NCBI GenBank assembly: GCA_012799075.1
Contig: JAAZLZ010000167.1
Coordinates: forward strand, 1-36,239
Length of the DNA stretch: 36,239 bases
Direction of reading: 5' to 3'
From: Bacillota bacterium
GTDB taxonomy: Bacteria; Bacillota; Limnochordia; JAAZLZ01
Shown: positions 1 to 8,172 of the stretch, piece by piece
Position numbering within the stretch: the first letter of the stretch is position 1
How the letters are laid out: the number at the start of each line of letters is the position of its first letter
Notes under the pieces: model-generated
Databases searched by the model: none
What the model was told of the DNA's origin: nothing
Seen by the model: the letters and a program-made list of their open reading frames with translations, nothing else
Made by a program: the position numbers and the translations under genes

Positions 1-102
1 AAAGCGGCCCACCACGGGTTTTCCACCGCATATACCCCGGCCGATGTGGATGAGGTTCTCGATCGTCTGCATGATGCCGCCCGGCAAGTCATGCAAGGCT
101 AA
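1..102 (+). CDS. 3' end of a class-III (GSA-aminomutase-like) aminotransferase, cut by the window edge
   Basis: Frame 1 is open from base 1 to TAA at 100-102. The tail KAAHHGFSTAYTPADVDEVLDRLHDAARQVMQG resembles C-termini of class-III aminotransferases. A terminator follows. Confidence 0.45.
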   Translation, partial: KAAHHGFSTAYTPADVDEVLDRLHDAARQVMQG

Positions 103-106
103 TCCC

Positions 107-141
107 AGCCCGGCTCCTTTGGGGCCGGGCTTCCTCTTTTT
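107..141 (+). terminator. Rho-independent terminator
   Basis: 8-bp stem agcccggc (107-114) / gccgggct (124-131), followed by tcctcttttt. Confidence 0.7.
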
Positions 142-167
142 CATCACCAGGTAATATTATGAAAAGT

Positions 168-199
168 ACCGGCTAAACAGTCAGTTGTCTTTAGCCGGT
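168..199. repeat. Perfect 10-bp inverted repeat, ACCGGCTAAA-N12-TTTAGCCGGT
   Basis: Arms at 168-177 and 190-199 are exact reverse complements. No U-tract follows. The repeat lies about 128 bp upstream of the sigma54-like element. Confidence 0.6.
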
Positions 200-309
200 T
201 CGCTGTGATATTCTCTTTCTAAGTAGATTGGAAAAAAACCTTGCCCGTTTGCAGGAACTGGGCCGGGCCTATGGAAACTACATGAAAAACCTACGGGTCA
301 GGACTAGGC

Positions 310-326
310 CGGCAAAGGCATTGCAT
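310..326 (+). promoter_or_regulatory. Candidate sigma54 (-24/-12) promoter
   Basis: cGGCAaaggcaTTGCAt has GG (311-312) and GC (323-324) at the canonical 12-nt register of TGGCAC-N5-TTGCA. It lies about 100 nt upstream of the GDH start. Confidence 0.4.
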
Positions 327-425
327 ATGTTGATATCCGAGTACAGGGGGGGGGTAACACGGCGGAAGGCGGCATAACTTAATGGAGTTGTTTTTTCAGG
401 GACTTGAGGAAGGAGTTGAACCTGG

Positions 426-1703
426 TTGCAAAGCATTGTTCCCTTTCAGGAACCGGTGACAAAGTCCATCGCTTATATGAAGGACAGCTGCCGACGTCTT
501 GGTCTAACAGACGAAGAAACCAACGCGATCTGCGATCCCCAAGAAGTCCGGTTGTTCAAGCTGCCCTGCAACGTACTAGGTCAGACGGTCATTTTCCCTG
601 GGATACTATGTCTGCACAATAATGCTCGGGGCCCGTACAAAGGCGGCATCCGCCTGGATGCTAATGTGGACATCTATGAAACCGTCGAGTTGGCCCGGGT
701 GATGACCTTAAAGACGGCAGTTTCCGACATTGAGTTTGGCGGCGGCAAGACGGGAATCAGGGTCGATTGGCCGCGTCTTTTCACTATGTACGACAAAAAG
801 TCGGATGACTGGGGTTTCATGAGGGTCGTTGCCCGCAGCATCGTCGAAAGATACGCCCAAGTCTATGGGGATTTGTTCAGCAAACATATTTATGTCCCCG
901 CGCCGGACATGGGAACCGGGCCCGGTGAAATGGCGATTATCTACAATCAAACCCAGGATCCGGCTTCGGTTACGGGCAAAGCCGAAGGGGTGGCCGGATG
1001 GCTTCCCGGTCGAAAAGAAGCCACGGGCCTGGGCGTTGCCTGGGTGACCAAACTTTATGTTGAAGAGGTCATGGAACAGGATCTTTCCCAATTGACCGTC
1101 GCCATCCAGGGCTTTGGCAACGTGGGCAGTCATGTGGCCAAGTACATGTATGAGATGGGCGCAAAGATAGTGGGCATCAGCGATATCTACGGCGGCCTCT
1201 ATGATGCTGAGGGCATCCGGGTCGATGAGCTGTTGGAGCACGTGGCCAAGAAGGGAACGGTCGTTGGTTTTGAAGCGGACAGCATTTCCAATTCCCAGCT
1301 GTTGAGCCTCCCTGTGGACATCTTGATCCCCGCCGCTGCCGGGCACGTCATCGGCGTCGATGAAGCTAAGGACGTCCAAGCGGAGCTCATCGTGGAGGCA
1401 GCCAACGTTCCCATTACCCTTGATGGAATGGAGGTTCTAAACAGCCGGAGCGTTCCCGTCATCCCCGATATCATCGCCAACTCCGGGGGTGTAGTAGCTT
1501 CCATGGAAGAATACTCCCGCTCCCTGACCGCGCTGCTTCGGACCAAGGAAGACGTTTTCAGCGTGGTTCGGCACAAACTGGAGAACTCTCTTAAAGGGGC
1601 GTTGGCCGTCGCGGAGAAGCAGAACATCGATCTGTGCCGGGCTGGGGTCGAGCTTGCCGTCCAGAGGGTATATCAGTCAATGAAGAGTAGGCACCAGATC
1701 TAG
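426..1703 (+). CDS. Glu/Leu/Phe/Val dehydrogenase family, probably glutamate dehydrogenase
   Basis: 425 aa with catalytic-Lys region PYKGGIRL...GGGKTGI and Rossmann motif GFGNVG. TTG start sits 9 nt after AGGAAGGAG. Confidence 0.9.
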   Translation: MQSIVPFQEPVTKSIAYMKDSCRRLGLTDEETNAICDPQEVRLFKLPCNVLGQTVIFPGILCLHNNARGPYKGGIRLDANVDIYETVELARVMTLKTAVSDIEFGGGKTGIRVDWPRLFTMYDKKSDDWGFMRVVARSIVERYAQVYGDLFSKHIYVPAPDMGTGPGEMAIIYNQTQDPASVTGKAEGVAGWLPGRKEATGLGVAWVTKLYVEEVMEQDLSQLTVAIQGFGNVGSHVAKYMYEMGAKIVGISDIYGGLYDAEGIRVDELLEHVAKKGTVVGFEADSISNSQLLSLPVDILIPAAAGHVIGVDEAKDVQAELIVEAANVPITLDGMEVLNSRSVPVIPDIIANSGGVVASMEEYSRSLTALLRTKEDVFSVVRHKLENSLKGALAVAEKQNIDLCRAGVELAVQRVYQSMKSRHQI

Positions 1704-1732
1704 GGATTCGTCTTTTGTAGAAAGCATGCCAG

Positions 1733-1764
1733 GGGGGAAGCCGCGGGGCTTCTCCCTATTTGTT
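1733..1764 (+). terminator. Probable terminator after the GDH gene
   Basis: Stem gggaagcc / ggcttc(t)ccc with a 1-nt bulge, then tatttgtt. Confidence 0.5.
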
Positions 1765-1915
1765 AGCTTACTGATGTAAGCAATAGATCATCTTCCGCGA
1801 AGGAAATGGCACCAGGGCAACGAAGAATTCAAACAAGGAACTGCGATTCAAAACTCAAAAAGACTTTGGATAGGATGGAGAAGGGGAAAGATGCAAATTA
1901 AGGGAGGCGAGCGAT

Positions 1916-2923
1916 TTGAAGAAGCTGATCAATCAGCCCGAAGCCTTCGTCGATGAAATGCTCGAAGGCTTGCTGTTAGCTCATGGCTGTTCATTGCGAT
2001 CGGTCCGAAGTGATAATCGGGCCCTGATTCGAGCCGACAGCCCCCGTGCGGGCAAGGTGGGCATCGTCACTGGCGGCGGCTCTGGTCACTTGCCCGTTTT
2101 TTTGGGGTACGTGGGTGAGGGTTTAGCCGATGGAGTGGCTGTGGGAGGCGTCTTCCAGTCACCTGGCGCCGAGCAGATCTTGTCGGCCACCCAAGGTGTC
2201 AACGGAGGTGCAGGAGTACTGTATCTGTTTGGCAACTACCAGGGGGATGTCCTTAACTTCGAGATGGCCGGAGAGCTGGCGGAGATGGAGGACATTCCAA
2301 CCAGGACCGTTCTTGTCTCCGATGACGTCGCTTCCGCACCGCCGGAAGAATGGCAGAAGCGACGGGGCGTGGCCGGACTGTTTTTTGCCTACAAGATAGC
2401 TGGAGCCAAGGCGGAGTCCATGGCTTCCCTCGAAGAGGTCGAAGCCGTAGCTAAGAAGGTGGTGGCCAACACCCGCAGCATGGGGGTGGCCCTTACCCCT
2501 TGTACCGTGCCGGAAGTGGGTCGTCCCTCCTTTTCCATCGGCGACGATGAAATGGAAATCGGCATGGGAATCCATGGTGAACCGGGTATTAGCAGAACCA
2601 AACTGCGTCCCGCCGATGAAGTGGCCGCTGAGATCACCCAACGGATAGTGTCCGATTTGCCCTTCAAAGGGGGCGATGAGGTAGCGGTTTTGGTGAACGG
2701 TCTTGGAAGCACGTGCTTGGAAGAACTATACATTATGTTCCGGCGGGTGGCCAAGGAGCTGGAAGATAGGGACATAAGCATCTATCGCACATACGTTGGC
2801 GAGTATGCCACCTCGTTGGAGATGGCCGGCTGCTCCGTAACCCTTCTTAAGCTCGATGGAGAACTCAAGGAGCTCCTCGATGCCCCGGCCCACTCGCCAT
2901 TCTTTGAACAGATAGGACGGTGA
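1916..2923 (+). CDS. dhaK: Dihydroxyacetone kinase, DhaK (substrate-binding) subunit
   Basis: 335 aa. N-terminus KKLINQPEAFVDEMLEGL and GGGSGHLP are typical of the Dak1 domain. TTG start follows AAGGGAGG. Confidence 0.9.
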   Translation: MKKLINQPEAFVDEMLEGLLLAHGCSLRSVRSDNRALIRADSPRAGKVGIVTGGGSGHLPVFLGYVGEGLADGVAVGGVFQSPGAEQILSATQGVNGGAGVLYLFGNYQGDVLNFEMAGELAEMEDIPTRTVLVSDDVASAPPEEWQKRRGVAGLFFAYKIAGAKAESMASLEEVEAVAKKVVANTRSMGVALTPCTVPEVGRPSFSIGDDEMEIGMGIHGEPGISRTKLRPADEVAAEITQRIVSDLPFKGGDEVAVLVNGLGSTCLEELYIMFRRVAKELEDRDISIYRTYVGEYATSLEMAGCSVTLLKLDGELKELLDAPAHSPFFEQIGR

Positions 2924-2927
2924 CAAC

Positions 2928-3563
2928 ATGCCAGGCGGTCTTGGTGCCTGCTTAGAAGCAGTCAAGAACGAAGTGAACGAAGCAAAGGACTGGCTGATTG
3001 ACCTGGATGCAGCCATCGGCGATGGCGATCTGGGCCTGACAATGGCGCGGGGTTTTACGGCCATTGCCGATGAATACCAACAGTCCCCCCAGGCGGATGT
3101 GGGCAGGGCCCTGGTCAGGGCGGGCATGACCTTCAACCGGGTGGCTCCATCGACCATGGGAACCTTGATGGCTACCGCCCTCCTTCGCGGGGGCAAGGCC
3201 CTAGCAGGGAAGGAGAACCCGAGTAATGAGGATATTGTCCAAGCTTTGGAGGCCGCAATCGGTGGGATAGGGGAGCGGGGCAAGTCCCAGGTGGGTGATA
3301 AGACCATCCTTGATGTCTTGCAGCCGGCGGTGGAGACCCTGAAGAGAGAACTGGCTGACGGGAAAGACTTGCCCCAGGCATGGAGCACTGCCTTGACAGC
3401 CGCGGAGAAGGGATTTGAACAAACGGCCAACATGGTGTCCAAGGTAGGCCGGGCTAGCTGGTTTGGTGAGAAAAGCGTCGGCAAGCATGATGCGGGAGCT
3501 GGCCTGGGCTTGGTATTATGGAGGGCGATTCAAAAGCACTTTGAAGCTGGAAGGGAGTCTTAG
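2928..3563 (+). CDS. dhaL: Dihydroxyacetone kinase, DhaL (nucleotide-binding) subunit
   Basis: 211 aa with the Dak2 motif LDAAIGDGDLG. Starts 4 nt after the dhaK stop. Confidence 0.9.
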   Translation: MPGGLGACLEAVKNEVNEAKDWLIDLDAAIGDGDLGLTMARGFTAIADEYQQSPQADVGRALVRAGMTFNRVAPSTMGTLMATALLRGGKALAGKENPSNEDIVQALEAAIGGIGERGKSQVGDKTILDVLQPAVETLKRELADGKDLPQAWSTALTAAEKGFEQTANMVSKVGRASWFGEKSVGKHDAGAGLGLVLWRAIQKHFEAGRES

Positions 3564-3565
3564 CC

Positions 3566-4027
3566 ATGTCTGTCTACGATCGTATTGCCCAACTTGGTTT
3601 AGAAGTCCCACCAACGCCCAAACCAGCCGCGGCCTATGTCCCGGCTGTTGTTGCGGGCAACCTGGCCTTTGCTTCGGGCCAAACCAACACCGTTGCCGGC
3701 GTGCTTACAGTGAAAGGAAAGGTAGGGCGGGAAGTGAGCCCTGAAGATGCCTATCAGGCAGCCAGGCTGGCGGCTCTAAACTGCCTGGCCTGCCTAGAGT
3801 CTGCCTTGGGGAGTCTCGATCGAATCAAGCGCATCGTCAAGGTCACCGGGTATGTGGCCTCCGCCGAAGGGTTCGGTGAGCAGCCGCGGGTGGTCAACGG
3901 AGCATCCGATTTGCTCCTGGAAATCTTCGGTGAGAGGGGACAGCATGCAAGGGCCGCCTTGGGCATGGCGGAACTTCCCTTTGGAGCACCGGTGGAAGTT
4001 GAGTTGATTGTTGAGATCGGAGACTAG
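3566..4027 (+). CDS. RidA/YjgF-family reactive-intermediate (imine) deaminase-like protein
   Basis: 153 aa. The size and C-terminal pattern ARAALGMAELPFGAPVEVELIV are typical of the YjgF/RidA fold. Starts 2 nt after the dhaL stop. Confidence 0.8.
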   Translation: MSVYDRIAQLGLEVPPTPKPAAAYVPAVVAGNLAFASGQTNTVAGVLTVKGKVGREVSPEDAYQAARLAALNCLACLESALGSLDRIKRIVKVTGYVASAEGFGEQPRVVNGASDLLLEIFGERGQHARAALGMAELPFGAPVEVELIVEIGD

Positions 4028-4036
4028 CTGGAGAGG

Positions 4037-4057
4037 GGGGCCGATAGGATCGGCCCC
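4037..4057 (+). terminator. GC-rich hairpin (partial terminator or processing site)
   Basis: Perfect 9-bp stem ggggccgat / atcggcccc with a 3-nt loop. Only a weak T-run (tatt) follows. Confidence 0.4.
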
Positions 4058-4128
4058 TATTGCCAAAAGGTATTCGTCTACAGCAAAGTCAGGACAGTAA
4101 TCAAAATCAACTAGAAGGAGGAGAACAC

Positions 4129-5484
4129 GTGTTAGATTATCCCGAGAAGAGTCCAATTTTCTATCGCGACATGACAAGGGGCTATCCGATCATGGATCGG
4201 GGGGAAGGGGTCTACATCTTCGATGAACAGGGGAACCGCTACCTGGATGCCGCGGGCGGCATTGCGGTGGTGAATATCGGCCACGGTGTAGGGGAGATCG
4301 CTGAAGCTGCGGCCAAGCAAGCAAAGCGGCTTGCCTTTGCCTACAGCGGAACCGGTACTTCCCGGCCCCAAATGGACCTGGCGAAAAAGCTGGCCGCCAG
4401 GGCGCCGAAGGGCATGGGAGAGGTCAAAGTCTTCTTCTGCTGCGGCGGCTCGGAAGCTACGGAAACGGCCCTCAAGTTGGCCCGGCAGTACTACCTGGCG
4501 AAAGGACAAGGGGGAAAATATAAGTTTGTTTCCCGCTGGCAAGGATACCATGGCAACACAATTGGGGCCTTGTCCATCACCGGACGGACCCAGTGGCGGG
4601 AGCCTTTCCTGCCATTGCTCCTTGGTTTCCCCCATATATGCGCCCCCATTTGTTATCGCTGTCCCTTGGGAAAGACATATCCCGAGTGTGGCGTTCAGTG
4701 CGCCTGGGAACTCGAACGGGTTCTCGATGTTGAGGGTGCGGAGGCCGTCGCTGGATTTATGGCCGAGCCGATCATTGGCACCTCGGCCACGGCAGTAGCC
4801 CCTCCGCCCGAGTACTACTCCATCATCCGCTCCATTTGTGATGAACATGACATCTTAATGGTCTCCGATGAAGTCATCACTGGCCTTGGCCGGACTGGGA
4901 AAAACTTTGGCATCGATCATTGGGATGTCGCCCCCGACATTATTACCACCGGTAAAGCCCTCAGCGGGGGGTACGCCCCGTTGGCAGCGGTAATTGTCTC
5001 GGAAAAAGTATGGCGGACCTTCTGGGATAAATCCGAGGTCTTTTATCACGGTCATACCTATGTGGGTCATACCCTAAGCTGTGCTATCGGCGATGCTGTT
5101 CAGGGATACATTCAAAAGCATAACCTCATTCAGCGCTCCGCCGAAATGGGGGAGCTGCTCCTTAAGAAACTCCAAGGACTTTTAGATCTGCCCTACGTTG
5201 GCGAAGTCCGGGGCAAGGGGATGCTTCTGGGAGTTGAACTGGTCAAGGACAAGGAAACAAAGGAGCCCTTCCCGCGGGAGACCGGCTTTGCCGACCGGAT
5301 TGCCCACCGGGCCATGGAACTAGGGGTCATCGTCATCCCCGGGGTGCAAGGGACGGCTCCCGGGCTTGCCGGCGATCACTTGCAGATAAGCCCGCCCTTC
5401 ATCTTCGACGAAGAAGATGGAGCCTTGTTGACGGAGGTTCTGCGACGGGCTATTCTTGAAATCGGGGAAGATCTAACAGGGTAG
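4129..5484 (+). CDS. Class-III (omega-type) PLP aminotransferase
   Basis: GGSEATE, SDEVITGLGRTGK and TTGKALSGGY motifs. I place the start at in-frame GTG 4129, 6 nt after GAAGGAGGAG, rather than the ORF-track start at 4060. Confidence 0.85.
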   Translation: MLDYPEKSPIFYRDMTRGYPIMDRGEGVYIFDEQGNRYLDAAGGIAVVNIGHGVGEIAEAAAKQAKRLAFAYSGTGTSRPQMDLAKKLAARAPKGMGEVKVFFCCGGSEATETALKLARQYYLAKGQGGKYKFVSRWQGYHGNTIGALSITGRTQWREPFLPLLLGFPHICAPICYRCPLGKTYPECGVQCAWELERVLDVEGAEAVAGFMAEPIIGTSATAVAPPPEYYSIIRSICDEHDILMVSDEVITGLGRTGKNFGIDHWDVAPDIITTGKALSGGYAPLAAVIVSEKVWRTFWDKSEVFYHGHTYVGHTLSCAIGDAVQGYIQKHNLIQRSAEMGELLLKKLQGLLDLPYVGEVRGKGMLLGVELVKDKETKEPFPRETGFADRIAHRAMELGVIVIPGVQGTAPGLAGDHLQISPPFIFDEEDGALLTEVLRRAILEIGEDLTG

Positions 5485-5526
5485 ATCTTCTCGCCTACCT
5501 AAAACACACACCGAGGAGTTTTGCTG

Positions 5527-6720
5527 ATGCAGATGAGCAAGAAAGTCACTGATAAGGTATCCTGGGTTGGGAAAGTCGACTGGGAGCTCACCAGATTCCA
5601 TGGCGAGGAGTACTCGACTTGGCAGGGCTCATCCTACAACTCCTACTTGGTGAGGGACGAAAAAACAGCCCTCATCGACACCGTTTGGCTGCCCTATGAT
5701 GAAGAATTCGTCACCAACCTTAAGCAGACGGTGGAGCTAGATGCAATCGACTACATCATCATCAACCATGCTGAAATCGACCACAGCGGGGCCCTTCCGC
5801 GACTGATGAAGGAGATTCCAAACACACCTATCTACTGCACCAGAAACGGCATTAAATCACTCCAGGGACATTATCATCAGGACTGGAATTTCGTCCCTGT
5901 CAAGACAGGCGATACCCTCCAGCTAGGCAGCACAAGCCTGGTATTTGTCGAGGCCCCGATGCTCCATTGGCCCGACACCATGTTCACTTACATGACCGGC
6001 GAGAACATTCTGTTCAGCAACGACGCCTTCGGACAGCATTATGCCACCGAGGCATTGTACAACGATCGGGTCGATCAATGCGAGCTGTTTGCCGAAGCCA
6101 TTAAGTACTACGCCAATATCCTGACGCCATTTAGCAGCCAAGTCGCCAAAAAGATCAATGAAGTCTTGGCCCTTGAATTGTCGGTCGACATGATCTGCCC
6201 CAGCCATGGCGTTATCTGGCGAAGCGAGCCTATAAGAATAGTGCAGAAATACTTGGAATGGGCCGATAGCTATCAGGAGAACCAAATCACAATCGTCTAC
6301 GATACCATGTGGAATGCCACCCGGAGGATGGCCGAAGCCATCGCCAAGGGCATTCAAGAGATAGATGGATCGGCAACGGTCAAGTTGATGAATGCAGGCA
6401 AAGAGGACAAGAACGACATCATTACCGAGATTTTCCGTTCCAAGGCGATTCTGGTGGGCTCTTCCACGATCAATCGGCGGTATCTCTCTTCCATTGGAGC
6501 ATTGTTCGAGACGATCAAGGGGATGAGGTTTAGCGGCAAAAAGGCGGCTGCCTTCGGAAGTTACGGGTGGAGCGGTGAAAGCGTCAAGCTGATGGCGGCG
6601 GACCTGGCGGAGGCTGGCTTCGAAGTGGTCAATGAGGGCTGCCGGGTCTTGTGGATGCCGGATGGGGATGCCCTTGATGCTTGCCGTGAGTTCGGACGTC
6701 AATTCGGACAAGCCCTATAG
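5527..6720 (+). CDS. Flavodiiron protein (class A; metallo-beta-lactamase-like plus flavodoxin domains)
   Basis: Diiron motif HAEIDH in INHAEIDHSGALP, plus a C-terminal flavodoxin-like domain (ITIVYDTMWNATRRMAEAI). ATG 5527 sits 8 nt after GAGGAG. Confidence 0.85.
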   Translation: MQMSKKVTDKVSWVGKVDWELTRFHGEEYSTWQGSSYNSYLVRDEKTALIDTVWLPYDEEFVTNLKQTVELDAIDYIIINHAEIDHSGALPRLMKEIPNTPIYCTRNGIKSLQGHYHQDWNFVPVKTGDTLQLGSTSLVFVEAPMLHWPDTMFTYMTGENILFSNDAFGQHYATEALYNDRVDQCELFAEAIKYYANILTPFSSQVAKKINEVLALELSVDMICPSHGVIWRSEPIRIVQKYLEWADSYQENQITIVYDTMWNATRRMAEAIAKGIQEIDGSATVKLMNAGKEDKNDIITEIFRSKAILVGSSTINRRYLSSIGALFETIKGMRFSGKKAAAFGSYGWSGESVKLMAADLAEAGFEVVNEGCRVLWMPDGDALDACREFGRQFGQAL

Positions 6721-6728
6721 AACCAACA

Positions 6729-6761
6729 CCGTCGACCAGGCCCTGGGGGTCTGGTCGACGG
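6729..6761. terminator. Bidirectional terminator hairpin between convergent genes
   Basis: 11-bp perfect stem ccgtcgaccag / ctggtcgacgg. Confidence 0.7.
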
Positions 6762-6762
6762 G

Positions 6763-7497
6763 CTACACATGAAGGATCTGCTCCAGAAATCTCCTCGTCC
6801 TTTCCTGTGTCGGTTCGGTGAAGAAGACATCGGGAGGGGCCTCTTCGACGATGGACCCTTCGTCGATGAATGTTATCCGATGGGCCACCTTCCGGGCGAA
6901 ACCCATTTCATGGGTGACCACCAGCATGGTCATCCCATCGTCGGCCAGCTTCACCATCACGTCAAGGACTTCTTTGATCATTTCCGGATCCAGGGCCGAT
7001 GTGGGCTCATCGAAGAGCATCACTTTTGGCTGCATGGCCAGTGCTCGGGCGATAGCCACCCTCTGCTGCTGACCGCCCGAAAGGGAAGCTGGATAGGAAT
7101 GGGCCTTATCTTCAAGTCCCACCCGAGCCAACAACTCAAGCCCCATCCGATCCGCTTCGTCCTTTGGGATCTTGCGTACTTCCCGGGGGCCTAAGGTGAC
7201 GTTCTCCAACGAAGTCATGTGGGGAAACAAGTTGAAGCTTTGGAAGACCATCCCTACCTCTTTGCGGATCAAATTGATGTCGGTCTTTGGATCGTGCACA
7301 TTCATGGAGTCCACTGTGATGGTTCCTCCCTGGATTCTCTCCAAGCCGTTGATGCATCGGATGAGGGTGCTCTTGCCCGAACCGCTGACCCCGCAGATGA
7401 CAATTACCTCTCCCTTGGCCACTTTGAAGCTGACGTCTTTTAGCACATGGAGTTTCCCGAACCATTTATGTACGTTGGTCACGGTGATCATGTTCAT
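6763..7497 (-). CDS. Polar amino-acid ABC transporter, ATP-binding protein
   Basis: 244 aa with Walker A GVSGSGKST, signature LSGGQQQRV and Walker B VMLFDEPTSALD. Confidence 0.9.
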   Translation of the reverse strand: MNMITVTNVHKWFGKLHVLKDVSFKVAKGEVIVICGVSGSGKSTLIRCINGLERIQGGTITVDSMNVHDPKTDINLIRKEVGMVFQSFNLFPHMTSLENVTLGPREVRKIPKDEADRMGLELLARVGLEDKAHSYPASLSGGQQQRVAIARALAMQPKVMLFDEPTSALDPEMIKEVLDVMVKLADDGMTMLVVTHEMGFARKVAHRITFIDEGSIVEEAPPDVFFTEPTQERTRRFLEQILHV

Positions 7498-7503
7498 CCC
7501 CCT

Positions 7504-8172
7504 TCAGACCGTTTCGATCCACTTGGAAAGCCTTCTTTCCATCCGGTCGGAGAACTTAACCAAAGGATAGCAGACGAGGAAATAAAAGAGGGCTACCATA
7601 CCGAAGGTGATAAAGGTGTGTTCACCCCGTTGGGTGAGCTGCTGACCAACCCGGGTCACCTCAGTTATCCCGATTAAGGATACGACGGAGGTGGCTTTGA
7701 CTAAGAGGACAAACTGTCCAGCCAAAGGCGGCAAGATCAACCGGACCGCCTGGGGGAGGATCACATGCCGCATTTTCTGCATGTAGGTTAAGCCAAGGGC
7801 CTTGGCCGCCTCGTCCTGACCCCGGTCCACGGCATCAATGCCGCCTTTGACAATTTCCGTCATATAGGCTCCCTCGTGTACAATTAGGCCTAACACGCCT
7901 GCGCTTAGGGCGCCAAGTCTAAGGCCGAAGGCCGGCAGGACATAATACATTATGAAGATCACGAGCAAGAAAGGGGTTCCCCGGACAAAGGCCACATAAG
8001 CTCCCAAGAAAGGGGACAGCAAGGGCACCCTGGCGCTGCGGATCATCCCACCGATAAAGCCGACGCCAAGGGACAAAGCCATCCCAGCAATGCTGAGATA
8101 GATTGTAAGATAAATGCCCTGCAGCAGGTGGGGCGTTACTTTTAAGACTACCTCCACTAGTCTCACCTCCAT
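7504..8172 (-). CDS. Amino-acid ABC transporter permease
   Basis: 222 aa, multi-TM, with the EAA-loop-like motif DEAAKALGLTYMQKMRHVILPQA. Confidence 0.85.
   Translation of the reverse strand: MEVRLVEVVLKVTPHLLQGIYLTIYLSIAGMALSLGVGFIGGMIRSARVPLLSPFLGAYVAFVRGTPFLLVIFIMYYVLPAFGLRLGALSAGVLGLIVHEGAYMTEIVKGGIDAVDRGQDEAAKALGLTYMQKMRHVILPQAVRLILPPLAGQFVLLVKATSVVSLIGITEVTRVGQQLTQRGEHTFITFGMVALFYFLVCYPLVKFSDRMERRLSKWIETV

Noticed and set aside
383-460. 25-codon upstream ORF (MELFFQGLEEGVEPG...) overlapping the GDH start
   Set aside because: It has no SD and is not distinguishable from chance. The leader is noted only under the sigma54 and G9 observations.
1807-1822. TGGCAC hexamer upstream of dhaK as a sigma54 -24 box
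   Set aside because: The position where the -12 GC should fall reads CAACG (no TTGC), so only half a promoter is present.
2726-3484. 252-aa minus-strand ORF. Similar antisense ORFs occur at 708-1379, 4132-4848, 5923-6711, 24103-24717 and 30379-31038, and in the plus direction at 11804-12421.
   Set aside because: All lie inside or opposite genes with clear family signatures. Their compositions are skewed (Ala/Arg/Pro/Ser/Gly-rich) and they lack ribosome-binding sites, so I treat them as shadow ORFs.
4060-4128. N-terminal extensions suggested by the ORF track (4060 here; also 22510, 23453, 14828, 33882, 17604 and 29671)
   Set aside because: In each case an in-frame downstream start has a properly spaced GGAGG-type SD and gives the N-terminus expected for the family (signal peptide, MxCxQC and so on). 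The extensions overlap upstream genes or add non-homologous residues.
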